Shown here piece after piece: positions 62,801-64,000 of a stretch of 64,000 bases of DNA. Origin of the DNA: Stylophora pistillata (taxonomy: Eukaryota); contig NW_019217864.1 in assembly GCF_002571385.2 (NCBI RefSeq), forward strand, positions 295,965 through 359,964, written 5' to 3'. Numbering within the stretch: position 1 is the stretch's first letter; every line of letters begins with the position of its first letter. The notes under the pieces are model-generated. The model ran no database searches. It had not been told where the DNA came from and saw nothing but the letters and a program-made list of their open reading frames with translations. Both the position numbers and the translations under genes were made by a program.

Positions 62801-64000
62801 TTTTATTTTTAATAAATATTTTATCAGGGTGTTAAGTAACAATAAATATTTACAGAGAAAAAATGCAAAGTAAGAGATCTACATTGAGGCACTCAGCGTG
62901 CTAAAGGAAGTACCCATGTGACTACTATAAAAAACAGAGTATGACATCAACCTTGAGGGTATTCAGAGCTGCCAAGGCTGCCTCTAAAGCAGGGATAGCT
63001 TCCGCAAGGTCACTTTCACACTCTTCCTTCAAGGCCTGTGACTCTGATGCCTTCTGATTCGCAACTGCTTCATCTTTCCTCACAAGTTCACTACGAGCCT
63101 CAACTTCAGCTGATTCTTTTTCAATTACCTGTTGAGGACATGTAGCGTAATGTGAACACATGGGGCGTTATCAGTAAAAACTACTAGAAAGTTAATAGTG
63201 TGATTAGAAATGGTGAACTAAATGCGATAGCAATTTTCTCCCTTCCAAATTGTTCAAGACCGGTTGCGCAGGAACCCTTACAATTTTGGTTTAATAGCTT
63301 AAGTGGTGAGAGTCCAACTAAAATATTCACAAAATGGTGGTATCAAAAATGATTACTAAGCAGAAAGGGATAACTAACTAGAAAACAAATCTTCCGATAA
63401 TTGCATTGCTGGCCTTAAAATATCATGCCTTTGAATGAGTGTGACTGAAGCCACTGACCCAAAGTTCAGGGTGACAAAAAAATCACACTTTTTTTTTCAA
63501 TAGACTAGTTTTTGACATTTCACAAGAAGAATTAGAACACCTTGGTCAAACGCCGAATTTCAAGACAGATCTGAGCAATAATTATTTTCTTTTCAGCCAG
63601 ATCTTTATCTTCACTAATTCTATTCGGAGCATTTTGGAAATCTATGGTATCTCTTTAAGTCCTTCCGCTATGCAGAAAACTGTACCATGGTACAATTAAA
63701 AATAATATAAATTAAAGGAATAATTAAATACACCAATAATTGCCATCATCCAATTCAAGCATGACAAACTGTACACAACTGGCATCCACTTTCAAGAAAA
63801 ACGCTATCTAAAGGAAAGAACAAATGCTTACTATCATCATTTTAGTATTTTCCTTGGCTGTCTCAACAAGCTGGGGCTGTAACTCTTCTAGCTCTTTTTG
63901 CATGTCTGCTACCTGTACAAAAAAGACAAGACAGGTTTTAGTGCGAAAGTCTGCAAAACTTCTTCCAAACTAGGTCAAACACACCATACAACCTACCTGA
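44877..64000 (-). CDS. DNAH12: Axonemal inner-arm dynein heavy chain, 3' part (stalk/MTBD, AAA5, AAA6, C-terminal domain)
   Basis: Phase-consistent GT-AG exons: 64000-63997 (partial), 63912-63832, 63128-62952, 62374-62153, 61844-61704, 61302-61132, 60772-60554, 58426-58281, 57750-57678, 57334-57193, 56732-56540, 56456-56297, 55481-55449, 55208-55036, 54445-54305, 53891-53822, 53697-53609, 53428-53284, 52376-52226, 52037-51964, 51648-51469, 51174-51034, 50767-50630, 50561-50464, 49566-49431, 49349-49266, 49056-48952, 48326-48223, 48144-48033, 47439-47347, 47115-47056, 46488-46411, 45691-45600, 45519-45452, 45067-44877 (TAA). Motifs [76 protein letters not shown] and the [15 protein letters not shown] end favour DNAH12 over DNAH3/7 (from memory, not a database search). 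Confidence 0.95.
47605..47700. mobile_element. 96-bp palindromic MITE in a dynein intron
   Basis: TAGTCTCCTTCGCAGCCGTCTTTCGGGATGTCACGCAACGCTC and its exact reverse complement; 9-bp TSD cttagtcgc / ctttgtcgc (one mismatch). Confidence 0.85.
49920..50230. repeat. Interspersed non-autonomous repeat; its right end also occurs at ~4055-4128
   Basis: taccttgccgcttcgcggctcggtaaatatccaccactaaccacctccacttcggtgaatagttgttaa matches tacctcgccgctttgctgctctgtaaatatccaccactattcaccaccacttcgatgaataattgttaa. Confidence 0.65.
54772..54850. repeat. Short palindromic (MITE-like) element in a dynein intron
   Basis: cagaaata...agagattcagtcagccac / gtggctgactgaatctct...tatttctg inverted arms. Confidence 0.6.
58541..60245 (-). 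mobile_element. RTE-clade LINE, 5'-truncated and degenerate, in a dynein intron
   Basis: [89 protein letters not shown]; (ATAGAG)n tail at 58541-58566. Confidence 0.9.

Overview
Eukaryotic, AT-rich, intron-containing animal genomic DNA with several N gaps. The repeat repertoire (Penelope-type hammerhead repeats, Nin-type SINE, tRNA-like tandem repeats, ISL2EU, BEL, Mag-like Gypsy) suggests a cnidarian, probably a stony coral; this is inference. Host genes: (i) a minus-strand multi-exon C-type-lectin-domain gene at ~1-3.4 kb; (ii) a 375-aa single-coding-exon plus-strand ORF of unknown function at 43.3-44.5 kb; (iii) the 3' part (34 complete exons plus one partial, stalk to C-terminus) of an inner-arm axonemal dynein heavy chain, best matching DNAH12, on the minus strand from 44.9 kb to the window end. 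The 4-43 kb interval is a nest of decayed mobile elements: a pogo/Tigger element with a divergent HIRAN-like ORF, a hAT-like MITE, BEL/Pao with two Penelope fold-back insertions carrying minimal hammerhead motifs, an ISL2EU deletion derivative, piggyBac, Gypsy and several LINE fragments. The most striking structure is a near-invariant array of at least 12 x 247-bp units inside the dead piggyBac. Each unit holds a tRNA-Thr-like cloverleaf, a T7 run and further hairpins. The array ends mid-unit and is flanked by a >=185-bp duplication of host sequence. An older, degenerate array of similar architecture (~250-265-bp units) and a dispersed monomer fragment also occur, suggesting a mobile tandem tRNA-mimic repeat system.
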